A stretch of DNA of 64,000 bases. Source: Cenococcum geophilum. Taxonomy: Eukaryota. The notes below the pieces were generated by a model. It worked only from the letters and a program-made list of their open reading frames with translations. It made no database searches and was not told the origin of the DNA. The stretch is taken from NCBI GenBank assembly GCA_050273025.1, contig CP158635.1, positions 24,118,001 to 24,182,000 on the forward strand, given 5' to 3'. Shown piece after piece: positions 1-13,900 of this stretch (position 1 is the stretch's first letter; the number at the start of each line of letters is the position of its first letter). Both the position numbers and the translations under genes were made by a program.

Positions 1-1149
1 TCTAGGTATGTTATTATTTATAATCTTATTATATTATAGATCTAACCGGATTATATAGAGGAGCCAGTTAAGCAGATACGCATTATATTCTATTTTAGAA
101 TTCCATTAACCTCTAAGGGTAAGGTAAGTTTAGGCAGTTATAATTACTATATAACTATAATCTAACTTTAATATAGCCTGATCGCGTTATAATGTTTAAG
201 GTTATTAGCAAGCCTAAAAATTAGAAATGTTTTTTATGTAGGACCAGTAGCAAGAGTAAGTTCGCTAGTTATATTTCTGTTATATCTTAGATCTAATGTA
301 AATAGCATGCTTATCTAACTAAGGTACGTGTATCTGGTTTAATAAGGTATACTTATAGTTTTTAATTATATTACTAATATATCTATGATTTAATTATAAA
401 TAGAACTTCGTTTTACCTAATGTAATACTACCGGAGGTTATAGATGACTTTAATAATGGGGAGTTGTTTGATACTAAGGAGGACTACGCCGTATGGGTTA
501 AATAGGTTAAGGCGTTCATGCATCTTAGATATATACTGGTTATATCCTAGTTATATTATAAACACTATGAAGCATTATATATGGGCTATAGAACATTACG
601 CGGAGCATAGGCATAGCGTAGAGAATTTGGGTTAGGCTTTCTCTTGGATATTATAATATCACTCTATCTAGGTAATTACCTTAATATAACCTCTGCCCTT
701 TATGCTTGTAAATATAAAAATTTGTATTAACTAAGTTCTTGTTTTAATTTTCTAAGCTCTAATTCCATCTTCCGATTTTATAGTTTAATTGCTTTTACTT
801 TAGCTTCTATATATAGAACCCAGGCTTCTTACTTATAAATATTTAATTGGGATTGCTATAGCGTTAACTGTTATAAGAATTAAGCTTATTAAGTAACAGT
901 TATACGAAGTAAGGACTATAAGCTACTTTTATGTCCTAGATATAGTTAGCTTATAAGCTAGATATATTAAGGATATATCTAAATAATCCTACCTAACGGT
1001 GAAATAGGCCTAGGAGAGAGCGAAATCTACCTATTATTTAATATTATAATAGAGGATACTAAAAAATATTAGCTTTATAGAATTTAGTAAGATTTAGAAT
1101 ATAATATACTGGAGCGAATAGAGGTAAGAGATTGTGAGCGAGATTTTAA

Positions 1150-4100
1150 TTATGCGCCTCGCGAACTTTATAATTGCGACCGTGGGCATATACTAGTTCT
1201 GGAAGATGATATATCTAATATAATATTATTAAAATTAAAATCTTTATCCTCTTTAATACTTATAGATATAGTATTAGCTTTTCCTTTACTAGTACGGGCC
1301 TATTTTCTTGATTTTTCTAGCTCTTTTAAAACTTATAGAACTATGGTAGATTATATTAGCGATATATCTATATTAAAGCTATAATAAATCCATATATTTA
1401 CGCTTCTCTGCTAGAGCTATTTTTTTTAGCAATAAATGTAGTTCGCGATATATATAAAATCCTATGCTAATAATACGCCTTCCACGCTTTAAAATTAAAA
1501 ACATTAATTCTTTGTCCACTATAATTGTTATTATAATACTATATTACGGATATATAAGATATACTAACATTAAAATAGCAGCTAAAAGGCTTAATTGACG
1601 CCTAAGATTATTCGCTCGAAAATGGGAGCATTTAACGGCGTTTGTATTCTTTATAATTGTAGAGAATATATTACTATCCATTTTACTATAATGTGGATTT
1701 ATTCCAGATGCAATATATATATATCGCTTATATTAATACTAGTTTATGATTTTATGGTTATTACTGTACTTTCCTATAACTGTGAATGTTAGAATGTGGA
1801 TATAGTATGGATTAATTAGGGATATAATATCTCTATACCTTTAATTGCGTCCAAAATTTCGTAGTATTGCTTATGGCTTATAGCCTCTATAATTGAAGCC
1901 ATGTGTTGCCTAATACTATCTTGGCCTATATTTCCGGCTCTAATAACCTAATAAATACCGCGAAGAATGTGGATTTGGTAATATATAATTATAGACTTTA
2001 TATAGCCCTGCTAGGTCTGCGAGGGGTTAATATCTATTAGGTAAAGGCTAAGCCCTAATATATTTTAGTAATATCTTTAACATATACGCATTATAAAATA
2101 CCTTTTGCCTATGCCCTATCTATATCTATAAGAGCTGTATAAAATCCACGTTTATGGATATAACTTTAATAAGTTGGATAGCCGCAATTCTTATATAAGC
2201 GGAATATAGTATGGAAAAGTTGTTAATATATCTCTACTAATTGGCCCATGGCTTAGTTTACAAAAACTCTTATTAGTATAATAACTATAGCCTTATTAGA
2301 ATAAAGATATAACTGTGATATAACTAGGTTATATAATACCTTTATTAATTCTAGGGATATTTGTAGTAATTACAACCTTATCTAGCCTAGCTGTACCAAC
2401 TTATTTAAATAACATATTAATTTTAAACGTTTTTAACGTTAATAGTATTTCTGCCTAGCCTTTTTAAAAGCATATAATTATTAGCTTACCATTTTTATGG
2501 AATATATCTTATATATATCTAAGACCAGTTTTATAATATAGATGCTTTTTAAATATTACCCCTTATATATCTTGACCTTGTGGAAATAATAAAAGCTATT
2601 GCTTTTTAATTATATATTAAATTTTATTAAGATTTACTAGGCTTTAATAAAGGCTTAGAAGGCTAGTAACATTATATTTTTCGTAAAACTCTTTTATTAA
2701 AGGGCTGTATATAAAAGAGCCTAATAGAGTAAGGATAGAGCATTAATATAGCTTGGATATGATATACTTAGAGTAAGCCCTAGCCCCAACTATTGCTGGA
2801 TTTGTTATTAAAGTTCTTTAATAAGCTATATTAGAACCTTTAACGGAGGCGCTAGAGAATATATATGTTTGCCGTAAGAAGTTAAAATAATATAAGGGCA
2901 ATCCTTAATATTATCTGGCTATATATAATTGAACTCCACGTTATATAGGGCTAGTACCCATTTTCTAGGCCCTTAGGCGTGGTTATAACCTAGATATATT
3001 AGTGTTATATCATAGTTATATTATAGTTATATATATATTATAATAACTTACCGCAATTATCTAATCTTTTCTTTCTATACTCTACCGCTGTATAGGTTTC
3101 TAGAGTACCCTAATAGCCTTAGTTAAGTAAATCTCTTAAATATTTTAATAAGTATCTTAAAACTGAAGAAAGAGACTTTTAGTAGTGTTTTTTATAGTTC
3201 TATATTTAACTTCCCTTAGTATAGTATATACTTGCTATAGGTCTATCTATAAGTGACTAGTTATAGCTTAGTTATAGTAGTAATATATTTAGGATCTATT
3301 AGATACTAACTGTGTACTTTATAATATAAAGATATAGCTTATAACTAGCACTCTGCTCTATATAGGCAATCTAGTGCTAAAATATATAACAAATACTATT
3401 ATAAAGCCTATATATATGTTAATAAAAATAGATAATATAAATAAATGTTTTATATATTTATGTCTTTTCGTTTAATATTATCTTAATTTAATTCTATTAA
3501 ATTGCTAAGGAAATATATAAGAGTTTGTAACGTCTATATTATAACTTAGATATAGTAGCATAATATTATAGATATATTATACTTTTTCTTATAATTTACG
3601 TATTCTTTCCTAGTCCTCTACTGTAATTTGCTCGTAATAAAAGTTTTATAATTAAGGGTCTAAATATTCGTAATAAAACACGCTTAAATAGGGTATCTGT
3701 CTTCTAAAACACTTTTAGAGGCTAAGAAGAGGGCATATTATACTTATTTTGTTCTTTAATGTATATAAGTATTACATCTATCTATATTAGAACTAAGTTA
3801 TATATAGGATCTATCTAGGATATAGTATCTTATATTTTCGTATATCTTTATAATATTCTTATTATTTAGCTATAGGCTAGATAAATCTATAATATATCTA
3901 ATCCCGTGCTTAGAGGACATAGGATATTCTGGTATCTTTTAACTAAACATAAGTCTTTCTACTATAAGTAATCTAGTTTATGTAATTAATATTAAGCCTA
4001 GCTATATTATAGAGATAATTAGTTTATATATTATATATAGCTCGCGTTATATAATTCTACTTACTACTATTATTAAAGAAGAGGCATTGGCAGATTGTTG

Positions 4101-4408
4101 TAGTATAGGTATTTAGGATTAAATATCTTAGTAGTACTCCCGATATAAGCCGGATATATCCTAATTACTATCTTTAATATTTATATATGTGCGTTTCTTC
4201 TGCACCTATTACCCTTTATAAAAGAAGTCCTCCTATAATTATTCTAAGTCTTTAATTAAAGGCTGAGTTTCTTCTATTAGTAGTAGTATAGAAGAACTAC
4301 CCGAGATAGGTAGGTGCGTAAGGGTATCTGGATTATATCCTAGATATATTGTTGATCTATCCTAGATATATCTTTGCGCACTTTAGGATGCTTACGTATT
4401 ATTGGCTA
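1150..4408 (-). pseudogene. RIP-degraded Mutator-like (MULE-type) DDE transposase with introns; ends approximate
   Basis: Hand translation of the minus strand (RIP-restored residues in brackets): NVEFNYI*PDNIKDCPYIILTSYGKH (~2940-2860); RYI*DIFH...LIIICF..G*AEILLTLKTFK(E)IN(D)ML(S)FK*(R)V (~2520-2400); GLSLYL..INP...Y(C)QIH (~2055-1970); NTNAVK(E)CSHFRANNL..QLSLLAAI (~1650-1570). These match the D..CxxH..TNxxE layout of MULE-like transposases as I recall it. TIRs not resolved. Confidence 0.6.
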
Positions 4409-4868
4409 TTTTTAATGCTAAGATTTGCACGATCTTAAATACGCCAAAGATAGGGTATGGTTGCAATATTATATAATAATGTGTAGCTTTAATATATTAA
4501 TTGCGATAATTTTAAAGAATTTTGTATTAAAAGCTTATTAGGTGTGCGCGTATGGGGCTAAAGTTCATTAAGTGTAAGATTTTGCGACGTGGCGTATTTG
4601 AACACTCCCGGAGCTTTTGGCTATACTCTCCGACCTTTAGACTCTCTAAGAGACTTTATTGACCAGGTGTTCGAATTTTTAAACCCCCGCCAAGCCAGCT
4701 TTTGATTAGTTAGAAAAACCCGCCAAGCTAGCTTCTGGTTGGTTAGAAACAAGACTACGCGCGGTAAGTTATGGCAGAATCCACGTGACAAACATTAAAA
4801 TATTATGAACGTCGAAATATCTTAGTATTGCACCTTCCTTTTTGTTAATACCTCTATTAATACCACTA

Positions 4869-5305
4869 ACGTAGTTCACGATCGCGCGGCCCACACGGTC
4901 GTGCGGCCCACCTTAAACCCCACCAAAAATTAGAAAATTTATGTCTTAATATCTTAACAACCACTTTATAATAAATTCTAATAATTTATATTTAGACTTT
5001 TATATATACTTTATAGCCTCTATTAAAGCTATATAGTAAATGGTTTAGTAGTTTTTAAGATATAGTAAGATATAGTATTTTAGCCTTATTTTAGCCCCTA
5101 AATTTTAATATTTTAAAAACTACTAAACTATTTACTATATAACTTTAATAGAAGCTATAAAGTATATATAAAAGTCTAAATCTAAATTATTATAATTTAT
5201 TATAAAGTGGTTGTTAGGATATTAAGGCATGATGAATTTTCTAATTTTTGGTGGGGTTTGAGGTGGGCCGCACGACCGTGTGGGCCGTACGACCGTGAAC
5301 CACGT
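4869..5305. mobile_element. MITE (437 bp foldback), Tc1/mariner pogo/Fot1-type ends
   Basis: Left end acgtagttcacgatcgcgcggcccacacggtcgtgcggcccacc is the near reverse complement of the right end ggtgggccgcacgaccgtgtgggccgtacgaccgtgaaccacgt. Arms ~190 bp around a ~45 bp spacer; TA at 4867-4868 and 5306-5307. Confidence 0.9.
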
Positions 5306-5321
5306 TATATATATTATAAAT

Positions 5322-5517
5322 ATGGCAGATCCTACTGTAATTAAGTGCAGCAAGTGCCATATCTATAAGCCCCGCCTTAACTTTGTCAAAAACGGCCCTT
5401 TAAAGAAGCTTTTAAAGCTGTGCCAGTTATATTGGTTAAAGGCGCATCTTCTCTATATATTACTTCTACTTCTGCTTACTTTTCTGGGTCTCTAAATATA
5501 ATTTAAATAAGCGGAGG
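5322..5517 (+). pseudogene. Helitron-like Rep/helicase gene, fragment 1 (N-terminus with CxxC)
   Basis: ATG 5322: MADPTVIKCSKCHIYKPRLNF; interrupted by Copia-1, and the GGAGG TSD joins it to 24368. Confidence 0.55.
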
Positions 5518-5763
5518 TGTAACCGACTACCGACACTGTGCTGAGACACGAGATTACCGTCTTGGAAGGCTCCAAGACAGCGTCAACGCCACCCTATATA
5601 TTGATTGCAGATCAATATTGCTTGCAGATCACTGTTCCCATTTCAGTTACCTATTACCCCATCATGTCTTATTACCTCTACCTTCTTCGTGTATATATAG
5701 AGACTTTAGAGCTACATTCACAATCAAGTCGTTTATTCAATTCTTCGCACTGCAAAGCTTACA
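5518..5763 (+). repeat. Copia-1 5' LTR
   Basis: tgtaaccgactacc...gcaaagcttaca, nearly identical to 24122-24367. Confidence 0.95.
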
Positions 5764-6009
5764 GTTATGAGCCCGGATCGCACTACCTGCTGACCAATCA
5801 ACCTACTACCTCATTCAAGAAGTCACTACTTCTATTACCTTTGCAGTGTCTTGAGCTTCTTCGCCTATCAAACGAACGGACGATCAACCCCAGTCAACGA
5901 CCGTACGTACCTGACCGACGAACGAACTGACGAATCAAATTAAAAGTTCGAAACGTCAAAATAAGGGTTTCGCCAAGCCACCAATTAGACCCTGCCTAAC
6001 CTGTTAAAA

Positions 6010-6750
6010 TCCTAAAATAACGACCACAAGCAAATTAAAAGTCAACCTCATCCTTAACCAGCCATCTGATTGGACACAGTGGTTCTTTATCATCCAAGAC
6101 ACAGCCAAAACCAATAAGGTATGGCAGTATATTAACCCATCTAAGAGGAAAGACAAGCTTCTAACGCTAGAACCACCAAAACGGCCCACACCAGCGGACG
6201 CACGACCTATGGCTATATTAATAACCCAGCTAGAATAAGACCAATTCGCTATCTACAACCAGCTCTACGCTAAGTATAAAGACGATCTTCGAATACACCA
6301 GAAGCAAGAGCAGGCTATTAACGACATCAGCAACTATATTGTGCGAACAACGTTGGTAGCCTACCTTCCCCTTATTAACGGCCTAGATTCGGTCTACAAA
6401 CGGCTTAAAACACTTAAGAAAGCGCTTGCCCCTACTACCTTAGGACGAAAGTATGACGTCCTAATATAATACACGGCTCTAAAAGCCTATAACAAAAAAC
6501 AGAGTATTAAGAAATGGTTAAATAACTAGCGGAACGTCTATAAGCTTGCTAAGTAATTAGACCTACTAGATGTGCAAGGCTATAGGCCACACTACGACTT
6601 TGTTTAAGCAATTTAGCCCATCTCTTCTAGCTTTATAGGAGCTCTAGAAGTAGACCTTATTCGTAAGGAACGCAAGAACAAAGAAGCCCCATCTATTATT
6701 GACCTAATTAAGGAATTTAAGGAGTACTACCGTATGCAGTAAGCAGCATC
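6010..6750 (+). pseudogene. Copia-1 gag, N-terminal part (RIP-mutated)
   Basis: KVNLILNQPSDWTQWFFIIQDTAKTNKVWQYINPS..., truncated by the Gypsy LTR at 6751; homologous copy at ~63160-63530. Confidence 0.75.
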
Positions 6751-7175
6751 TGTAACGGAACCTTGTAGCAAGAACTACGGTGGGCTCGTTATTGGGCTAG
6801 GTGTGTAAAAAATGCAAGTAACAATAGTCGACAAGTAATAACAACTAGTGGAGTGGTTGCCTAACAGATTAACTCCAATTATATTCTAAGAATTACTACA
6901 AAAAAGGAACTATCTAGGTAGGGACTAAGGGTCCTTAAATACACAACCGTACTCCTATAAAATCCTTCCTATACGTAATATACGTCTTATACGTCTTATA
7001 CGTAAGTTCCTCTCGTTTCTCCCGTTTAATACGTAGCGCATTATATAACCTTAGCTACCATTCCTCATTACATAGTTCTACCGGCTCTATCCTAGACCGT
7101 GCCCAAATTAACCAACTAGCTTCTTCTAACTCCTCTCCTAGTAGTCATAATATCGTACTTAAAGCGTCTATAACA
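6751..7175 (-). repeat. Gypsy-1A 3' LTR
   Basis: tgtaacggaacc...gcgtctataaca, repeated at 14435-14859. Confidence 0.93.
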
Positions 7176-7283
7176 CCATCTCCCTCCTCTTTATCTTTGT
7201 CCTTAAAGATTTAAAATATCTCTAAGTTGTTTACTAGAGGTATAATATCCGTCTAATTAATTTGGTTAATATTATTACTTATT

Positions 7284-7960
7284 ATACCTAAAGCAATTTC
7301 TTCTTTACACGCCCAACGTCATGCTCGCACTATTGCTGCAATATTATCTCTTAGTGAGATTATACCGTCTCTATGTTCTTGCTGTTCGAAAGAGGGGTTG
7401 GTTTATATTACGTTGGCAAACCTATCTTCGCGACAACCGTCCTCTTACTTAAAGTGCACTAAAGCAAATGTTTGTTCATCCTATGACGTTCGCTTTACTT
7501 CTAATACTAAATATACGCGACCTATTACTCTTAATAGTCGTCTAGTTCCCTAATTAATTTGTCTTAGGGTCTTATATTTAATCTGCTACTACGCGGCTAG
7601 ATAATGAACTGTCTTAAGCCCTTACTAAATTAGAACGTTCTTATAATGCGGAACAAAAGGCCCTAAATACTCGCATCGCGGTGTCTACTCGTTTACTTTA
7701 TCTTAAGAAGGTTTATAAGAAGGTGCGTTCTAAGAAGTAGAAGCTTATAGAATAAGGTTTGTAGGAACTTAGCGATAAAAAAACGGATTCTCTTTTAACA
7801 GAGAAGGAAACAGATCTAAGTAGTTTAGCAACTGCTCTTCTTAGGTCCCCCTTAGGTAACTTATTCTTTAGTAATCCTTTTTTATTAATGCTGCCTAACC
7901 TAATTTCTTCTAATACTCCTATACCTTTCTTATAGCGTTCTTTAAATTCTCTAATGGCTC
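7284..7960 (+). pseudogene. Antisense, probably spliced ORF in Gypsy-1: Cys6 zinc-cluster-like domain plus coiled coil; 3' end approximate
   Basis: (M)PKAISS...EIIPSLCSCCSKEGLVY(C)ITLANLSSRQPSSY(C)LKCTKANVCSSY(C)DV, putative intron ~7513-7600, then a helical segment ALTKLERSYNAEQKALNTRIAVSTRLLYLKKV; present again at 50663-51340. Confidence 0.55.
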
Positions 7961-10900
7961 CTAGGTAGTCTTAGTATAGCCTATCTACTTAACCTTATAC
8001 TATATTTCATCGTTAATGTCCTTATAACTAACGATCTTCAAAACTTGCTATTTATCTTCTTCTTATCCTCTATACGTATCTGCTTTATAAACTAGTGGCT
8101 TAACATTTCTATATGCTAGCTCTAGTATTGCAATGTGCTATATAGGGTAGATCTTTATTTTAGCTAGTAGATTCAACTTAAACGTAACCGGTGAAATCTT
8201 CTGCGTAATTTTAAAAGGTCTTAGTCTAATGTGGTCCAACTTCTTGCTTAGTCGTTAACTCTTGAAATTTTTGTATAGTAGCTATACTTTATCTCCCTTC
8301 TTAAGATCTAGTCCCTTAGATCTTTTAGCATTATAGTACTTTTTTATTCTCTCTTATACTTTCTTTACTAATTCCATAAGGTCTATATAAAGATTTATTA
8401 ACGTCTTTATTCTTTCCTTAGCTATACTACTCGTTTTCTTCGCTTGCTATAGTAATAACGATATTCTTAGCTTATATCCGTAATTTGCCTTAAATAGTAA
8501 TATGCCTATTCCTTCTTAAGGTGTTGCATTATATGTAAACTATATAACTAGTAATAGCAATACCCAATTATTCTGTGCATAATTAATATAATGCCTTAGA
8601 TACTACTCTAGTGTCTAATTTAGTCTTTCCGTTTAACCGTCTGTCTGTGGATAATATGCGGTAGAAGTTACTACTTAAACTCCTTACTCCACTAAGAATA
8701 CCTCCTAGAATGCTGCTATAAATCTTAGATCTCTATCTAATATAATTTTACTTAGTGCTCTATATCTTACGAACACTTCCTTAACATAGATTCTAGCGAT
8801 ATCTTCCGCTAAGATTTCTTCTATATATACTATAAAGTATCCCCACTTTATAAGCTTATCTACTATCACTATAATTGCGTTATAATCTTATCTAGTAATA
8901 GGATCTCTTAACTTTAGCAACTTAATAATAAAGTCCTATAATATAACCTCCCATAGTCTCTCTAGTGTTTTAATAGGTTATAGCCCTCCATATAGCTTAT
9001 ACCTTATTAGTTTATTTCTTTAGTAATCTAGGCATTCTTTTATAACCCCCCTAGCTATTCTCCAAATTCTATTAATAATATACTCCTCCTAGAGTCTTAA
9101 TACTAAGCCTATAGCTTTATTATATCCTTAAGTTAATCCCTTATAGAAGTCCTCCACGAACTGCTCTGCTATGCTTCTTAGGATATACTTTACTTCTCGG
9201 TTTTCGTATATATCCGCTTATAGATCTTCTAGTTATACTTCTAGAATTCTTTATACCTAAAAGCTTTTTAGTGTCTCGTAGACTTTCTCTGGTTTATTAC
9301 TCTCTTAAGTTGCTGCAATTTTTAGATAATTATACCTAATTAATCCGTCTATGTCTTTCCGTAGTAAAGCCCCTAATAGCTTTTTATCATTTTGTAGTTT
9401 AGCTTTGCGGCTTAGAGTGTCTGCCCGCGTATTGTCTGTACCCTTAGTATACTAAATCTTAAAATAGTATTTTATAAGCATCTCTACCCATCTAACCTAT
9501 CTTTAGTTAAGTTCCTTTATTGTTAGAAATCCTATTAGGTTCTTATAATCCATCTTAACTATAAATAGTTTCTCTATACCTTATAAGAATGCTCTCTATT
9601 TCTTTAATGCTATAACTATACCTAATAACTCCTTATTATAGATGTTATAGTTTAACTCTAGTAATATTATCTTCCGACTATAATATACCACTAGGTGCCA
9701 TCTATTTTAATATTTTTGCATAAAGTATGCCCCTAGTATATAGTCTAATGCATCTGTTTTTATAACCGTCTCTAATCCTAGTTAATAGATCTTAAGAACT
9801 AGCTCCTAGGTGAATAACTCTTTGACTTTCCTAAAGAGTTCTTCCTATTCCTCTCCCCATGCCTATAGTTCTTCTTTCTTTATTAATTGCGTAAATGGCT
9901 TAATATCTTTTAACTACTACGCTATAAACCTCCTGCAGTAATTGTAAAACCCTAGAAATAATCTTAACTGCGTAACGTTCTCTAGTTCTTACTAATTCGC
10001 TATAGCCTTAATCTTCTTTAGATCTATACTAAGTTGGCCTAGTTTAATAATAAATCTAACGAAATTAGTCTTCCTGGTAAAGAACTTGCATTTCTTAATT
10101 GCTACTAGCATCTATTCTTCTTATAATCTCTTTAAGACCCATTTAACGTGTTCCCTATATTCTTCCTTAGTTATTAAGTAGATAATAATATTATTAAGAT
10201 ATACCATAACAAATTCATCTAAGTATTCTCCTAATACATTGTTAATACGCTTCTAGAACGTTACTAGTGCGTTTATAAGCCTAAATTGCATAACTAATGG
10301 TTTATACAGTCCTTCCTTTAACCTAAAGGCTGCCTTCTATTCGTCGCCTTCCTTAATTCTAATCTAATAGTACGCCTATCTTAGATCTATCTTTGTAAAG
10401 ATTTACGCATTGCCTATCCTATCTTAGATTTCGCTAATTAAGGGTAAAGGATACCTATTCTTTCTGGTAATGCTGTTTAACTATCTATAGTTAATATACA
10501 GCCTTAGTTTGCCATTCTTTTTTGGTATAAATAGTACTGGATATCCTGCTAATGACTGCGATAGTCTAATATATCCCTTTTATAGGTTTTCCTAGACAAA
10601 CTCTTTTAATGCTTTACCTTCTTCTTTAGTAAGCTTATAGATTAGAAAGAACTTTAGACTCGTTCCTAGTTCCAACTCTATCTTATAATCCTATGCTATA
10701 TACTCTAACAGCTTTTCACTTTCTAGTAACTATAGTTTCTTACTATACTTATAGTATCTCTTTAGTACGTAACTTAAGCCTCGCTTAGTCTCTTTATATA
10801 TCGCTCCGACTTAGTACTATACTATCTTAGCTTATTATCGCATCTTGCGTTATTAAGTATCCTTAATATCAACCTAACCTGTAATCCAATTAATCCTTAG

Positions 10901-13900
10901 ATTATATTCCTGTAACTAAGGCATACCTAATACTGCCTTATCCCGTCCTAATAGTAGGATATTAAAAGACATCTTAATTTATCTTCCTTTAATAGTTATC
11001 TAAATAGGTCCTGTTTTAAGATTGATGATCCCTCCTCTATAGGCTATTAGATCTCCTAAAATTATAACTAATAAGTAAGGTTCCTCCTTTTGTCTATAAG
11101 GTAATCCTATCCTTTTAACTGCTGCTAGTAAGATATGGTTTCGCGTTACTCTACTATCTATTAGCGCTTCGAACTGCTAATCTTACTATTTAACTTGTAA
11201 ATTTAGGTGTTGTCCTTAAATTCCTTTAAGGGTCTAAGGTTCTACTACTGGTTCCCTCTAGTCCTATAGGCCTCTACTTTTCTTAACTATTAGCTGCTTA
11301 ATCCTAGTGCACTTGGCTCGCTCTTTAGCTAATGCCTAGTTTGCTTTTTGTCTTTAATATGCCATAGACATATATTTTCTAGGCATTCCTATTACTGTCG
11401 TCCGTCTAAGTATTCTTCCGTAAGGAATCTTTTTAGTTAAAGTACTAAGCTTCCTTCCTCTTAGACTTCTGCTGGATGCTATCTATATATATATTTAGCA
11501 TTCCTATACTATTACTTGTCCGTTATCTAGTATATCCTTATAGGGTATTTCCGATTCTTTTCTTTTAGATTCTTATATATCTCGTATATATTGTTTATAC
11601 ACGCAATCCATGATAACGTGTAGTGTGCTAGGTGCTTTAGGTTAACTCTTAGCTTGTCTTTATCCTTAAGTTTAAACCTTTATTGTGCTAATCTAAACGT
11701 TATAACTTCATTCGCAGGTACTAAGATACGCCTCTCGCTTCTCTAGTCCTCTAAACGCTTCTTTAGATCCTTTAACGTTATAATTAAGGCTCCTTTGATA
11801 TAATTTATGGCCTTCTCTATAATTAGGTAGTTCTAGATAACTCTTTCATCTAACTATATATAGAAATCTTCCTACTTATCATTGTGCCTTTACCTATACC
11901 ACTTTTGGTACAGCTGCTGGAGTATATACGGCTTGTCCGTAAGGAAGTATCTTCTTATTACTACATCGTAATAGCCTTTCGTGTGTCGTTCTTTAAACCT
12001 AGTTGGAATCCCTAAATCCTCTTTATCTTCCAGTTTAGTAAGCCACTTAGCTCTTAGTATACCTGCCCTAGGCCTATTAGTAATTCTTTATACTAGCGCT
12101 CTATCCCTTATATATCCTAATATGCTAGATCTCTTATCTAGTTTCTGTTCTTACTATACAATAATTCTTTGCCTAAATTCTTCTATAGTTTCTTTTAGTT
12201 TGCGTCTTGCGCTTTAATCCTTAAAGTTCTCTTACTTCTTAATCTTTATATTAACTTTTTAATCTTTAGTCCAAACACTATGTTTTACTAGTAAGTCTTT
12301 TAGGTCTATGTATTCGTCTCCTAGTTTAATTGCTGTTTGCGCTACAGATTCTCTAATCTATAAAGAAGCTCCTTACCTCTTACCTATAGGTGTTCTAATT
12401 CGTACTCCGAATTCTTAGCCCCTTAGATTCTTTAATCCTAAGCTTACTTTTAACTTAAGCTTAGCTCCAGCCTTAGTCTAACTAGGCTTGCTTAGTGTTC
12501 TTATCTCGTCTTAAGAGTCTTAAATCTCACTTATCTCGTCTTAAGAATCTTGTGTCTATGGAAACTTCCGTCCCAAGCTTATTCGTATATCACTAAACTG
12601 AGCTACTACTCTGCTCTATTGGTTATTATCCGTTATAGGTCCTTAAGCTTACCTTATCTCATCTTAAGAGTCTTAAATCTTACTCATCTCGTCTTAAGAA
12701 TCTTGTGTCTATAGAAACTTCCGTCCTAAGCTTATTTATATGTCACTAAACTAAGCTACTGCTCTGCTCTATCGGTTATTATCCGTTATAGGTCCTTAAG
12801 CTTGCCTTATCTCGTCTTAAGAATCTTAGTCGTCTCTTATCTCGCTATAAGAATCTTAAGCTTTTAGCCTTTTGCCTTTATTAAGTGCCGAAGTGGTTTA
12901 CTATCCTACTTCTCTTACGTCTTATAAAGCGATAAACATCGTATCTAGTGGGGTTTCGATCCCTACTAATGTTCCTTATTCTATAGTGGAATCATCCTCT
13001 ACTTCTAGTATAATATCTTTAAGGTCTACTCGCTCCTAGTAAGCGGCCCTTATTACCTTATTATTACGGAATGTTTTGCCTATATTAAATTCATCGTCCT
13101 TAATGTCCAATCTGTGAACTAGTTCATTAGTTCCTCTATATCCTATAGGTGCTGGCTTCTATAGCTAATAGCTTGCGCCATATTTAGCGTCCTTATAAAT
13201 TTGGTATATGTTATTGTAACAAAACGCAAAGCTTCTAATTAAATACTCTTTTGTTCCTCGCAGTATATTATCGTCCCTCTATACGTATATGTCGTCTACT
13301 AATCTTATACCCTTTACTACGTAGTAACTCTGCCCACTTCTACAGTCTCTAATATAGTGACCCTATTTTCCGCAATTTATGTAAGCTCCTTCTTTAAACC
13401 ATTTTTCTTGCTATAGAGTCCGCCTAAATGTCTTCTACTGCTAAGATCCCTAATTCGGCCTCTGCTCCTTAGACCTTTAATTACTTAATCTTTGTCCCCT
13501 AGGTTTCTATAGGTTCTTACTCTATCTCTTATAGGCTTCTCTAGTACCACTTAGGTCCATTAGCTCTGCGCTATACCATAGTTTTTAACTTAGCTTTTAT
13601 CATTGCGTACTTTACGCCTTATACAACTATAGAACTCTATCCTAACCCTTCTTAGCCTATTCCCTTTAATAGATCTAATTATTAATCTTAATCGCCTAAT
13701 CTATTAATTCCCTTAGGGTGTCTGTATCTTCCATTAGAATAATTACGTCCTGGACTTTAGCCTTAAGTCCCTGTTTATACTATGCTATAAGCGCCCTATT
13801 ATTCCACTTAACTTATATCGCTAATGTCTGAAACTATATTATATACTTAATTGCTAAGGTTCGTTACGTAATATCTTAGAGTTTTTTTTTCCGCCGTGGT

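Noticed and set aside
5538..5930. 130 aa ORF, duplicated at 24142-24477
   Set aside because: It lies in the Copia-1 LTRs; the duplication is the LTR pair.
12500..12830. ~155 bp tandem duplication in Gypsy-1A absent from copy B
   Set aside because: Ordinary local duplication in a low-complexity gag-pol linker.
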